Positions 12,833-24,150 of a DNA stretch of 64,000 nt are shown piece by piece. The notes beneath the pieces were generated by a model, which searched no databases, was not told the DNA's origin, and saw only the letters and a list, made by a program, of their open reading frames with translations. How positions within the stretch are numbered: position 1 is the first letter of the stretch; every line of letters begins with the position of its first letter. Source of the stretch: Scyliorhinus canicula. Its lineage: Eukaryota. The position numbers and the translations under genes were made by a program. The stretch is taken from positions 62,001 through 126,000 of the forward strand of contig NW_024055470.1 in assembly GCF_902713615.1 (NCBI RefSeq), read 5' to 3'.

Positions 12833-13254
12833 AAAAATCTGCCATCCTTACCTGGTCTGGCACCATTCCAAACCACAGCAATGTGGTTGACTCTTTAAAT
12901 GCCCTCCCACATGGCCGAGCAAGCCACTCAGTTCCAGGGAAATTAGGGATGGGCAATAAATGTTGCCCCAGCCAGTGACTCCCACGAATAAATAAAATAA
13001 AATCCTGGAGAATCCAGTCAGTCAATCCGAGAGAGTTGGCATCTGGTCCAGTCTCACAGCGCATGCGCCCTGTGGCACCTTGTCCTCTGTAAAGGTGGCG
13101 GCCGGTAACCCTGGCCTGTCACCACTCAGCTCTCTCTATTCGGTGCCCTTTAAGGGACATTTAACATTTTATTTGGGTTGTTGAAGCCTCCACGGGGTAT
13201 TTCATGTATGGAACAATCTGTCTGGACTGCACACAGAACAATACTTTTCAGTGT

Positions 13255-13470
13255 GGCAAGTGGTGCAGTGGTTAGCACGGAGACTACGGCACTGAGGACC
13301 TGGCTTGGAAACCCGGCCTGGGTCACTGTCCATGTGGAGGTCACACATTCACCCCATGTCTGCGCGAAACCAAAGTTGTGCACATTTGGTGGATTGGCCA
13401 TGTTAAATTGCCCCTTAATTGGAAAAAATAATAATGATCGGGTACTCTAAATTTATATTTTAAAAAAAAA
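13255..13470 (+). mobile_element. V-SINE-like element
   Basis: tRNA head, A-rich tail and flanking aatacttttca duplication. Confidence 0.8.
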
Positions 13471-13494
13471 ATACTTTTCACTGTACCTCACTGA

Positions 13495-14340
13495 GCCTTC
13501 TTAAAAAATATTCATTCATGGGAGGTGGGTGTCACTAGCTGGGCCAGCATTTACTGCTCATTCCAACTGAGGGCACTTACAAATCAACCACAACATTGCT
13601 GGGGATCTGGGGTCACATGTGGGCCAGGCCATGGAAGGAGAGCAGATTTCCAAAAGGACATTAGTGAACTAGACGGGTTTTTACAACAATCCACAATGTC
13701 ATCATTTGACTTTTAATTTGACTCCTTTATTCAATTTCAATATCTGTCATAGGCAGATTCAATCCCAGATCCCCAGAGCATTAACCTGGGTCTCTGGATT
13801 GCTCGCTCAATAACAATACCATTCCTCCACTGCCTGGCCCAAATATTCTTGGCAGAATATGATGTCTAATAACTTCTCAAAATTACAAAGTAATTTATTT
13901 TTTCAAATAAATTCTGATAGCTCTGCAGTTTCTGGAAACATTTTGGTTGAAAGTGTTATTTTTAAAATAAATATCTAGCCTTTCCAATATAATTACCAAA
14001 TACACCAATTCACAAATGATAATCAATGTTCACTACTAAATAATAATTAATATAATTAATGTTTTGTGCTATGAAATCAATACATAGCTAATATAGAAAA
14101 GGTACATAAGGTGAAATGGCTGCAGGAAGCCACGTGTTAGAGGTATAAAAGTGTTTTTGCTATGAAATCAGTACATAGTGATTATAGGTGCGTACTTACA
14201 GCTTCTTGCATTACAACAGTGAATATATTTCAAAAGTACACCATTGACTTCAAAATATTTCAGAAGGCCCAGTGGCAGTGTGAGGTCTTATAGAAATGTA
14301 CATTTGTTCTAATAGTCTGCAAACTAGGATATACCCCTAT
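13495..14340 (-). repeat. Inverted segmental duplication copy B (partner at 232-1145)
   Basis: Reverse-complement match to 232-1145 (see copy A). Confidence 0.85.
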
Positions 14341-14469
14341 CTCTGGATCTGTAAAGACATAATTACATACAAATGCTCGCATTCAAAGCATTATCTTGGA
14401 CTTTAACCTGTTGTTGTCAGATTTCTATCTGCAGGATGATTCTGGAGGGTTTGTTCCAGCTCAGGGGCG

Positions 14470-15005
14470 GGGTTGGAGGACTACCCGAGAGCGACTGGCC
14501 CTCCAGCCAATCCGAGTGAATGGGAGGCGGGACAAAAAACGGGACTCTCACTCACTACGCATGCGCTCCGCCGCACACTTCGTCCACCCGGGCCTGTTTT
14601 AGGGAAAAGCCAGCAGCGTTCGCCGGTTCAACTGCCGTATCCGAGTTTCACATTCGGAGCTTGGTGTGTTTAGGCTGCACGGAGTTTTTAATGAAGCCTC
14701 CCGACCCATCCGCCGGCTCCATCCCTCCCTCATGACTTACCCAACCGAATTTGACCGGCAAAATATTTCTACCCGACCGCCTGAATCCCGAGTTGTCATC
14801 GGTACTGCGCATGCTTCAGATCAGGTGGGAGACGGGGCATAGCCCCGCCCCTCATTCTCTCCGATTGGTTGGAGAACCCACTGCAACCACTCAGTCCTCC
14901 AGGCCGGTCCCTCTCTTCCGATTGGTCCAGAGCTGCCGTCAATCACTCCCTGGGCATTGTCAGCTGGATCATGCGCAGTGCCGATGCTGGACTCGGCCGG
15001 GAGGT
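14470..15005 (-). promoter_or_regulatory. CpG-rich promoter/first exon, probably of the ZNF gene
   Basis: Local CpG enrichment; NRF1-like acgcatgcgc (~14558) and tgcgcatgc (~14806); several CCAAT/ATTGG boxes; minus-strand splice donor G|GTAAGT at 14740. Confidence 0.6.
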
Positions 15006-16511
15006 ATCTAGAGTGCTGAACTTGTGGCATTTGAGTGCGACAGTGAGATTTTGGTGACTGAGGGAGTTAGGTGAGGAGGGAGTAAGGTGCTCCTGACATT
15101 TAATTTCCTATATTTATCAAAGAGCGTGAAGGGAGCCAGGAGTTTAGAGTACAGCTGACTGGAAGCAGAGTCAAAGGGCAGAGGTCCAGTTGGTCTACAG
15201 GGCAGCTAATTCTGTAAAGTAAGAGGGGATGGAGGCTAGGGCAGTTGCATGCTCCTCCTGTAGGATGTGGGTGGTGAGGGAAACCACTGGTGTCCCCGCT
15301 GACTATACCTGCGGGAAGTGCACCCAGCTCCAGCTCCTCAGAGACCGTGTTAAGGTACTGGAGCTGGAGCTGGATGAACTTCGGATCATCCGGGAGGCAG
15401 AGGGGGTTATCGAGAAGAGTTACAGGGAGGTAGCCACACCAAAGGTACTGGACAAGAGTAGCTGGGTTACAGTCAGGGGAAAGAAAACTAACAGGCAGAC
15501 AGTGTAGGGATCCCTCGTGGCCGTTCCCCTTCAAAACAAGTATACCGTTTTGGATGCTGTTGGGGGGGATGACCTACTGGGGGAAGGCCCCAGCGGCCAG
15601 GTCTCTGGCACTGAGTCTGGCTCTGGGGCTCAGAAGGGAAGGGGGAGCATAGAAAAGCAATAGTAGTAGGAGATTCAATGGTTAGGGGAATAGATAGGAG
15701 ATTATGTGGTCGCGAGCGAGACTCCCGAAAGGTATGTTGCCTCCCGGGTGCCAGGGCTAGGGATGTCTCGGATCGTTTCTTCAGGATCCTGAAGCGGAAG
15801 GGTGAGCAGCCAGAAGTCGTGGTGCACATTGGTACCAACGACGTAGGTAGGAAAAAGGGTGTGGAGGTAATAAACAATTTTAGGGAGTTAGGCTGGAAGT
15901 TAAAGGCCAGGACAGACAGAGTTGTCATCTCTGGTTTGTTGCCGGTGCCACGTGATAGCGAGGCTTAGGAATAGGGAGAGAGTGCAGTTGAACACGTGGC
16001 TGCAGGAATGGTGTAGGAGGGAGGGCTTCAGGTATTTGGATAATTGGAGTGCATTCTGGGGAAGGTGGGACCTGTACAAGCAGGACGGGTTGCATCTGAA
16101 CCAGAGGGGCACCAATATCCTGGGGGGAAGGTTTTCTAGTACTCTTCGGCAGAGTTTAAACTAATTTGGCAGGGGAATGGGAACCGGATTTGTAGTCCAG
16201 CAACTAAGAAAGCCGATATTCAGGACGCCAAAGCACGTAGTGATGCAGTGGGGAAGGTAACACTGACAAAGGAGAGTACTTGCAGGCAAGGAGATGGGTT
16301 GAAGTGTGTATACTTTAATGCAAGAAGCATCAGGAATCAGGTGGGTGAACTTAAGGCATGGATCGGTACTTGGGACTACGATGTGGTGGCCATCACGGAA
16401 ACTTGGATAGAAGAGGGGCAGAAATGGTTGTTGGAGGTCCCTGGTTATTGATGTTTCAACAAGATTAGGGAGGATGGTAAAAGAGGTGGGGGGGGGGGGG
16501 GGGGGGGGAGG

Positions 16512-19070
16512 GTGGCATTGTTAATTAGAGATAGAATAACAGCTGCAGAAAGGCAGTTCGAGGGGGATCTGCCTACTGAGGTAATATGGGTTGAAGTCAG
16601 AAATAGGAAAAGAGCAGTCACCTTGTTGGGAGTTTTCTATAGGCCCCCCAATAGCAGCAATGATGTGGAGGAACAGATTGGGAAACAGATTTTGGAAAGG
16701 TGCAGAAGTCACAGGGTAGTAGTCATGGGTGACTTAAACTTCCCAAACATTGAGTGGAAACTCTTTAGATCAAATAGTTTGGATCGGGTAGTGTTTGTGC
16801 AGTGTGTCCAGGAAGCTTTTCTAACACAGTATGTAGATTGTCCGACCAGAGGGGAGGCCATATTGGATTTAGTACTTGGTAATGAACCAGGGCAGGTGAT
16901 AGATTTGTTAGTGGGGGAGCATTTTGGAGGTAGTGACCACAATTCTGTGACTTTCACTTTAGTTATGGAGAGGGATAGGTGCGTGCAACAGGGCAAGGTT
17001 TACAAATGGGGGAAGGGTAAATACAATGCTGTCAGGCAAGAATTGAAGTGCAGAAGTTGGGAACACAGGCTGTCAGGGAAGGACACAAGTGAAATGTGGA
17101 ACTTGTTCAAGGAACAGGTACTGCGTGTCTTTGATATGTATGTCCCTGTCAGGCAGGGTAGAGATGGTCGAGTGAGGGAACCATGGTTGACAAGAGAGGT
17201 TGAATGTCTTGTTAAGAGGAAGAAGGAGACTTATGTAAGGCTGAAGAAACAAGGTTCAGACAGGGCGCTGGAGGGATACAAGATAGCCAGGAGGGAACTG
17301 AAGAAAGGGATTAGGAGAGCTAAGAGAGGGCATGAAAAGTCTTTGGCAGGTAGGATCAAGGAAAACCCCAAGGCCTTTTACACATATGTGAGAAATATGA
17401 GAATGACTAGAGCGAGTGTAGGTCCGATCAAGGACAGTAGTGGGAGATTGTGTATGGAGTCTGAAGAGATAGGAGAGGTCTTGAACAAGTATTTTTCTTC
17501 AGTATTTACAAACGAGAGGGGCCATATTGTTGGAGAGGACAGTGTGAAACAGACTGATAAGCTCGAGGAGATACTTGTCAGGAAGGAAGATGTGTTGCAC
17601 GTTTTGAAAAACTTGAGGATAGACAAGTCCGCCGGGCCTGACGGGATATATCCAAGGATTCTATGGGAAGCAAGAAATGAAATTGCAGAGCCGTTGGCAA
17701 TGATCTTTTCGTCCTCGCTGTCAACAGGGGTGGTACCAGAGGATTGGAGAGTGGCGAATGTCGTGCCCCTGTTCAAAAAAGGGAATAAGGATAATCCTGG
17801 GAATTACAGGCCAGTTAATCTTACTTCAGTGGTAGGCAAAGTAATGGAAAAGGTACTGAGGGATAGGATTTCTGAGCATCTGGAAAGACACTGCTTGATT
17901 AGGGATAGTCAGCACGGATTTGTGAGGGGTAGGTCTTGCCTTACAAGTCTTATTGACTTCTTTGAGGAGGTGACCAAGCATGTGGATGAAGGCAAAGCAG
18001 TGGATGTAGTGTACATGGATTTTAGTGAGGCATTTGATAAGGTTCCCCATTGTAGGCTTGTGCAGAAAGTAAGGAGGCATGGGATAGTGGGAAATTTGGC
18101 CAGTTGGATTACAAACTGGCTAACCGATAGAAGACAGAGAGTGGTGGTGGATGGCAAATATTCAGCCTGGAGCCCAGTTATCAGTGGCGTACCGCAGGGA
18201 TCAGTTCTGGGTCCTCTGCAGTTTGTGATTTTCATTAACGACTTGGATGAGGGAGTTGAAGGGTGGGTCAGTAAATTTGCAGATGATACGAAGATTGGTG
18301 GAGTTGTGGATAGTGAGGAGGGCTGTTGTCGGCTTCAAAGAGACATAGATAGAATGCAGAGCTGGGCTGAGAAGTGGCAGATGGAGTTTAACCCTGACAA
18401 GTGTGAGGTTGTCCATTTTGGAAGGACAAATATGAATGCGGAATACAGGGTTAACGGTAGGGTTCTTGGCAATGTGGAGGAGCAGAGAGATCTTGGGGTC
18501 TATGTTCATAGTTCTTTGAAAGTTGCCACTCAAGTGGATAGAGCTGTGAAGAAGGCCTATGGTGTGCTAGCGTTCATTAACAGAGGGATTGAATTTAATA
18601 GCCGTGAGGTGATGATGCAGCTGTACAAAACCTTGGTCAGGCCACATTTGGAGTACTGTGTGCAGTTCTGGTCACCTCATTTTAGGAAGGATGTGGAAGC
18701 TTTGGAAAAGGTGCAAAGGAGATTTACCAGGATGTTGCCAGGAATGGAGAGTAGGTCATACGAGGAAAGGTTGAGGGTGCTAGTCCTTTTCTCATTAAAA
18801 CGGAGAAGGATGAGGGGCGAATTGATAGAGGTTTATAAGATGATCAGGGGAATAGATAGAGTAGACAGTCAGAGACTTTTTCCCCGGGTGGAACACACCA
18901 TTACAAGGGGACATAAATTTAAGATAAATGGTGGAAGATATAGAGGGGATGTCAGAGGTAGGTTCTTTACCCAGAGAGTAGTGGGGGCATGGAATACACT
19001 GCCTGTGGAAGTAGTTGAGTCGGAAACGTTAGGGGCCTTCAAGCGGCTATTGGATAGGTACATGGATTAG
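16512..19070 (+). CDS. CR1 ORF2 endonuclease/reverse transcriptase, open 852-aa portion
   Basis: ORF track; RT motifs PGNYRPVNLTS, SQHGF, YMDFSEAFDKV, FADD. Confidence 0.9.
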   Translation: MALLIRDRITAAERQFEGDLPTEVIWVEVRNRKRAVTLLGVFYRPPNSSNDVEEQIGKQILERCRSHRVVVMGDLNFPNIEWKLFRSNSLDRVVFVQCVQEAFLTQYVDCPTRGEAILDLVLGNEPGQVIDLLVGEHFGGSDHNSVTFTLVMERDRCVQQGKVYKWGKGKYNAVRQELKCRSWEHRLSGKDTSEMWNLFKEQVLRVFDMYVPVRQGRDGRVREPWLTREVECLVKRKKETYVRLKKQGSDRALEGYKIARRELKKGIRRAKRGHEKSLAGRIKENPKAFYTYVRNMRMTRASVGPIKDSSGRLCMESEEIGEVLNKYFSSVFTNERGHIVGEDSVKQTDKLEEILVRKEDVLHVLKNLRIDKSAGPDGIYPRILWEARNEIAEPLAMIFSSSLSTGVVPEDWRVANVVPLFKKGNKDNPGNYRPVNLTSVVGKVMEKVLRDRISEHLERHCLIRDSQHGFVRGRSCLTSLIDFFEEVTKHVDEGKAVDVVYMDFSEAFDKVPHCRLVQKVRRHGIVGNLASWITNWLTDRRQRVVVDGKYSAWSPVISGVPQGSVLGPLQFVIFINDLDEGVEGWVSKFADDTKIGGVVDSEEGCCRLQRDIDRMQSWAEKWQMEFNPDKCEVVHFGRTNMNAEYRVNGRVLGNVEEQRDLGVYVHSSLKVATQVDRAVKKAYGVLAFINRGIEFNSREVMMQLYKTLVRPHLEYCVQFWSPHFRKDVEALEKVQRRFTRMLPGMESRSYEERLRVLVLFSLKRRRMRGELIEVYKMIRGIDRVDSQRLFPRVEHTITRGHKFKINGGRYRGDVRGRFFTQRVVGAWNTLPVEVVESETLGAFKRLLDRYMD

Positions 19071-19103
19071 GGTAGAATAATGGAGTGTAGACTAACTTCT
19101 TAA

Positions 19104-19320
19104 GGGCAGCACGGTAGCATTGTGGATAGCACAATTGCTTCACAGCTCCAGGGTCCCAAGTTCAATTTCGACTTGGGTCACTGTCTGTGTGGAGTCTCCA
19201 CATCCTCCCCGTGTGTGCGTGGGTTTCCTCCGGGTACTCCGGTTTCCTCCCACAGTCCAAAGATGTGCAGGTTGGGTGGATTGGCCATGAAAAATTGCCC
19301 TTAGTGTCCAAAATTCTATG
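19104..19320 (+). mobile_element. Internally deleted V-SINE inserted in the CR1 3' UTR
   Basis: Same head as the SINE at 35786; jumps from gtgtccaaaatt to ctatg. Confidence 0.85.
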
Positions 19321-19399
19321 ATTAACCTAGGACAAACGTTCGGCATAACACCATGGGCAGAATGGCCTGTTCTGTGCTGCATTTCTCTATCAATCTTCT

Positions 19400-21360
19400 C
19401 TAACCCTTCCCCTCTTCCCCCCAGCCCACCTTCCCTCACCCGTCTCCTCTCTACCCCTGTCCCCTTTCCCTAGCCCTTCCCCTCCCCTGAGCCCCCTTTC
19501 CGTAACCCTTACCCTCCCCCCAGCCCGCTTTTCCCTAACCCTTCCCCTCTAACCCCAGCTCCCCTTTCCCTAATCCTTCCCCTCTCTCCCCAGCCCCCTT
19601 CCCTAACCCTTCCCCTCTCTCCCCCAGCCCCCTTTTCCCTAACCCTTTCCCCTCTCTCCCCCCAGCCCCCCTTCCCTAACCTTCCCTCTCTCTCGCAGCC
19701 CCCTTTCCCTAACCCTTCCTCCTCTCCCACCCCCGCCCCCCTTTCCCTAACCCTTTCCCCTCTCCCCCCAGCCCCCTTTCCCTAACCCTTCCCTCTCTCC
19801 CCCCAAGCCCCCTTTCCCTAACCCTTCCCCTCTACCCCCCAGCCCCCCTTTACCTAACTCTTCCCCTCTTTCCCTAACCCTTACCCTCTCTCCCTCAGCC
19901 CCCCTTCCATAACCCTTCCCCTCTCTCCCCAGCCCACTTTTCCCTAAGCCTACCCCTCTACTCCTGGCCCCCATTCCCTAACCCTTCCCCTCTCCCCAGC
20001 CCCCTTTCCCTAAACCTTCCCCTCTCCCCAGCCCCCCTTTCCTTAACCCTCCCCCTCTTTACCCCAGCCCCCTTTTCCTAACCCTTCCCCTCTCTCCCCC
20101 AGCCCCCCTTTCCCTAACCCTTCTCCTCTCTCCCCCTAGCCCCCTTTCCCTAACCCATCCCCTCTTCCCCCAGCCCCCCTTGCCCTAACCCTTTGCCTCT
20201 CCCCATCCCCTTTTCCCTAACTGTTCCCCTCCCCCCCCAAACGCCCTTTCCCTAACCCTTCCCCTCTACCCCAGCCCCCTTTTTCGCTAACCCTTCCCCC
20301 CCCCCTCCAGCCCCCTTTCCCTAACCCTTCCCCTCTCTCCCCCAGCCCGCGTTTCCCTAAACCTTCCCCTCTCTTCCCCCCAGCCCCCCATTCCCTAACC
20401 TTTCCCCACCCACCCCCAGCCCCCTTTTTCTAATCTTCCCCTCCTGCCCCAGCCCCCCATTCCTTAACCCTCCCGCTCTTTACCCCAGCCCCCTTTTCCT
20501 AACCCTTCCCCTCTCTCCCCCAGCCCCCCTTTCCCTAACCCTTCCCCTCTCTCCCCCCTAACCCCCTTTCCCTAACCCTTCCCCTCTCCCCCCAGCCCCC
20601 TTTCCCTAACCCTTCCCCTCTCTCCCCTCCAGCCCCCTTTCCATAACCCTTCCCCTCTCCTCTCCAGCCCCCCTTTCCTAAGCCGTTCCCCTCCCCCCAC
20701 CCCCCTTTCCCCTAAACCCTTCCCCTCCTCCCCCCGCCCCCTTTTCCATAACCCTTCCCCCCCCCCCCCCACCCCCCTTTCCCTAACCCTTCCCCTAACC
20801 CCCCAGCCCCCCTTTCCCTAACCCTTCCCCTATCTCCCCAGCCCCCCTTTCCCTAACCCTTCCCCTCCGTCCTCAGCCCCCCTTTCCCTAAACCCTCCCC
20901 TCTCCCCCAGCCCCCCTTTTCCTAACCCTTCCCCACCCCCCCAGCCCCACTTTCCCTAACCCTTCCACTCTCCCCAGACCCAACTTTCCCACTACAACCC
21001 TTCCCCTCCCCCCATCCCCCCTTTCCCTAACCCTTCCCCTCACCCCCAGCCCCACTTTCCCTAACACTTCCAACCCCCAGCCCCCACTTTCCCTAACCCT
21101 TCCCCTGTCCCCACAGCCCCCATTTCCCTAACCCTTCCCTTGTCACCCCAGCCCCCCTTTCCCTAACCATTCCCCTCTTACCCCCAGCCCCCGTTTCCCT
21201 AACCCCCTCTCTCGCCGTGCCCTCTTTTCCCTAACCCTTCCCCTCTCCCCCCAGCCCCCGTTTCTCTAACCCTTCACTTCTTTCTCCTCCAGCCCCCCTT
21301 TCCCTAACCCTTTCCCTCTCCCCCCAGCCCCCCTTTCCCTAACCCCCTCTCTTGCCGAGC
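19400..21360. repeat. C-rich minisatellite, ~33-37-bp unit containing one CCCTAA
   Basis: Recurrent tttccctaacccttcccctctcccccagccccc; roughly 50-55 units. Confidence 0.95.
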
Positions 21361-21459
21361 CCGTCCCCTGTCTCTCCCGCAGACCCTCCGTGATGCCCTT
21401 CCTGGACAATCTGGGGTGTGATCCACCTTCTCCTTGTTTCCCACCATTTTGTACCAGTT

Positions 21460-21865
21460 CACGGCGGCTATTTTATGTCAATTTACGGTGGCCATTTTAT
21501 GTCTGTTCACGGCGGCCATTTTAAGTCAGTTCATGGTGGCCATTTTATGTCAGTTCACAGTGGCCATTTTATGTCAGTTCACGGTGGCCATTTTATGTTA
21601 ATTAATGGTGGCCATTTTATGTCAGGTCACAGTGGCCATTTTATGACAGTTCACGGCGGCCATTTTATGTTAATTAATGGCGGCCATTTTATGTCAGTTC
21701 ACTGCGGCCATTTTATGTCAGGTCACGTTGGCCACTTTTTGTCGGTTCTTGGCGGCCATTTTAGGTCAGTTTACGGTGGCCATTTTAGGTCACTTCACGG
21801 CGGCCATTTTGTGTCAGTTCACAGTGGCCATTTTATGACAGTTCACAGCGGTCATTTTTTGACAG
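21460..21865. repeat. 24-bp minisatellite (gtcagttcacggtggccattttat)n, ~17 units
   Basis: Direct reading; produces the HGGHFMSV repeat in ORF 21418-21900. Confidence 0.95.
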
Positions 21866-21909
21866 TTCACGGATCGGCCCTTGTGTCCTCAATGCCGTAG
21901 GCAGCTGTG

Positions 21910-22335
21910 CTAACCAGTGTGCCCCGTGTCACCCACACTGAGATATTCCTGTCAGTTGTACAGGTTGGTGTAAAATATACTGAAGGAAAGAGTGGTATTT
22001 AAACAGTGAGATGTTGGGATATGTGGAGGGACAGACTGATCGGGGTGACCTCGTACACCAGTCAGTGAAAGTGGAGAGTGGGGGGGCGGGTGCAGCAAGC
22101 AGTTCAGAAGGCCAATGATATGTTGGCCTTCAATGCAAGAGGGATTTGAGTTCAGAAGGGGAGTTGTCTTACTGCAGTTATACAAGGCCTTGGTGAGACA
22201 ACACCTTGAGTACTTTTTACAGTATTTGGTCTCCCTAACTGAGAAAGGATATATTTGCCAGAGAGGGAAAGCAGCGGAGGGTCAACCGGCTGATAGCGAG
22301 GTTGCTGAAATGTCCTGGGACGAGAGATTGGGTCG
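21910..22335 (+). mobile_element. Degraded CR1 RT fragment
   Basis: LLQLYKALVRQHLEY matches the CR1 ORF2 C-terminal region. Confidence 0.75.
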
Positions 22336-22359
22336 ATTGGGCAAGGTGCTCCTCCCCCA

Positions 22360-22607
22360 CAGTCAGCACTGCCGGTGCCCCCCACAGCCAGCACAGCCAG
22401 TCCCTCCCACAGCCAGCACTGACTGTGCTCCCCCACAGCCACCACTATCAGTGCTCCCCCACAGTTGATTGGCTGAGAGGCTGTCAGCCAGCGGCTGGAG
22501 CTGCTGATTGGATTAGAGGCTATCAGTCAGCAGCTGGAGCTGCCCATTGGCTGAGAGACTGTCAGTCAGCGGCTGGAGCTGCTGGTTGGCTGAGAGGCTG
22601 TCAGTCA
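22360..22607. repeat. Short tandem repeats (cccacagccagca-type, and ~39-bp gattggctgagaggctgtcagtcagcggctggagctgct)
   Basis: Direct reading. Confidence 0.75.
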
Positions 22608-23506
22608 GTTTAATTTACTCATTATTTTAATAATTGATGTAACCGGATATTTCACCGTGATCTTGATCTGCTCCCTGAACCTGGACTGAGTCACCACATA
22701 AATAAATGTGTTTGTGCAGCAATTTAAATCCTGCAGCATAAATCCGACTTGTTGTAAATTATATTGAGGATCGGTGAGGTAATCAAGATATGACAAATCC
22801 AAAAAGAAAAATGTAATAACAGACACGGTCCAGAGGAGAATGAAAGTTCCGGAGATGCTGAAGAGTAAAATCATTGACTTCCTTCTGCTCTCCATCTCTG
22901 GGTCTGTGCGATTGTCTCCCTGATTCTGAGCCCTCAGTGTCTTCCGGACTCGACTGGTGAGTAAAATGTGTCTGACTGTCAGGGCGTTGGTCAACAGGAT
23001 TGAGAAGAACGGGATCAATGGGGTTAACACCTGATCAAACCAGTTATATCCAACCCATCCCGTGTCAGTCCAATAGCTGCTCTTTATCTGACAGCCCCAC
23101 TGGACATTGTCGATTATCCGTCCAGGTTTATATATAAAGTACCAGGGGATGTTTTTCCCACAGAGCAGGAGGCCGGTTGTTGACAGAACCACAGCCGCAG
23201 TTTTCCCGGTGCAATATTTAGTTTTCAGTTTCTGGCAGCGAATGGCCACAAATCGATCAAAGGAGAAAGTGAGAGTGAACCAGACAGAACAGTCCCTGGC
23301 TGCAGTCATCAGGACAGCGTTAACACGGCACACAGGGGTGAGCGACAGGAAATTCAGGGGGAAATAATAATCATCGATCATGTTCAGTATGGGTTTAGTG
23401 ATAATAAACAGCAGATCCGCCGTTGCCATGGCCACCAGGTAGCGAGTGGTGCAGGTAGAGAGACCACACTTCCCCTGACACAGAATTACAATTCCCAGTA
23501 AATTAA
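22605..23506 (-). CDS. GPR139/GPR142-like class A GPCR, exon 2
   Basis: Acceptor tctctctgacag|TT AAT TTA; VNLLGIVILCQGKCGLSTCTTRYLVAMATADLL...DCSVWFTLTFSFDRFVAIRC...LNCCTNTFIY; open to the stop at 22605. Confidence 0.92.
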
Positions 23507-24150
23507 CTGTCAGAGAGAGAAAGGAGAGACGCGGGAAATTACGGGATAATCAATCTCCCTGTCTGAACATAATCTCTGCATCAATATTCTCGACAGTGGG
23601 TGGGTGGGGGTGTTGGGACAGGAGTGGGCACAGAGATTAACATTGCAGAGAGGGAAGTAGCAAATGTAACTCCAGTGTTAAAGATGGGGAATGCGGGGAA
23701 AGTGTGGATTGCAGCCCTGTCAGTTTGATGGCATTGGTAGGAAAATGTTTATAATTCAGATACCTTTGGGAGAGGTTACATTTCTCATTTAGTCTGATTT
23801 ACAGGATTCACTCAGGCCGGCCAGGTTTCCCAAACCGGATACAAACATACCAGAGATTGTCATCCCTGCTCAATTATTGGACCACACCCCGGATTCGACC
23901 GTTCCCTGGACTGGGTTTCTGATGTGGTTGGACCCCACTCCTGGTTTATCTGAATCATCCACGATCAATGGAAAAATAAAACAAACGCAGGACCTTCCCA
24001 CTTCATAATCATGGGAGGAATAGAAATATAGAATGTATAGTGCAAAAGGAGGCCATTCAGCCCATCGAGTCTGCACCGGCCCTTGGAAAGTAAACACCAG
24101 TTAAGACCACCCCATCCACATAACCCAGTGACCCCATCTAAATTGTTTGG

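Larger units (their letters stand above)
15010..19392 (+). mobile_element. Full-length CR1 LINE, few disablements
   Basis: ORF1 15229-16164 has a zinc-finger-like CxxC pair and SGNH-esterase GDSMVR, with one TAG and two compensating frameshifts. ORF2 ~16164-19070 has APE (YFNARSI, AITETW, SDH) and RT (VPQGSVLGP, KFADDTK), with one TGA at 16449 and an in-frame 21-G run. 3' UTR to ~19392. Confidence 0.97.

Noticed and set aside
19400-21360. Interstitial telomere or fusion site
   Set aside because: CCCTAA occurs singly per unit, never as (TTAGGG)n runs.
21418-21900. His-rich (HGGHFMSV)n ORF
   Set aside because: Consequence of a 24-bp unit without stops; starts at a non-ATG codon; no evidence of exon structure in that frame.
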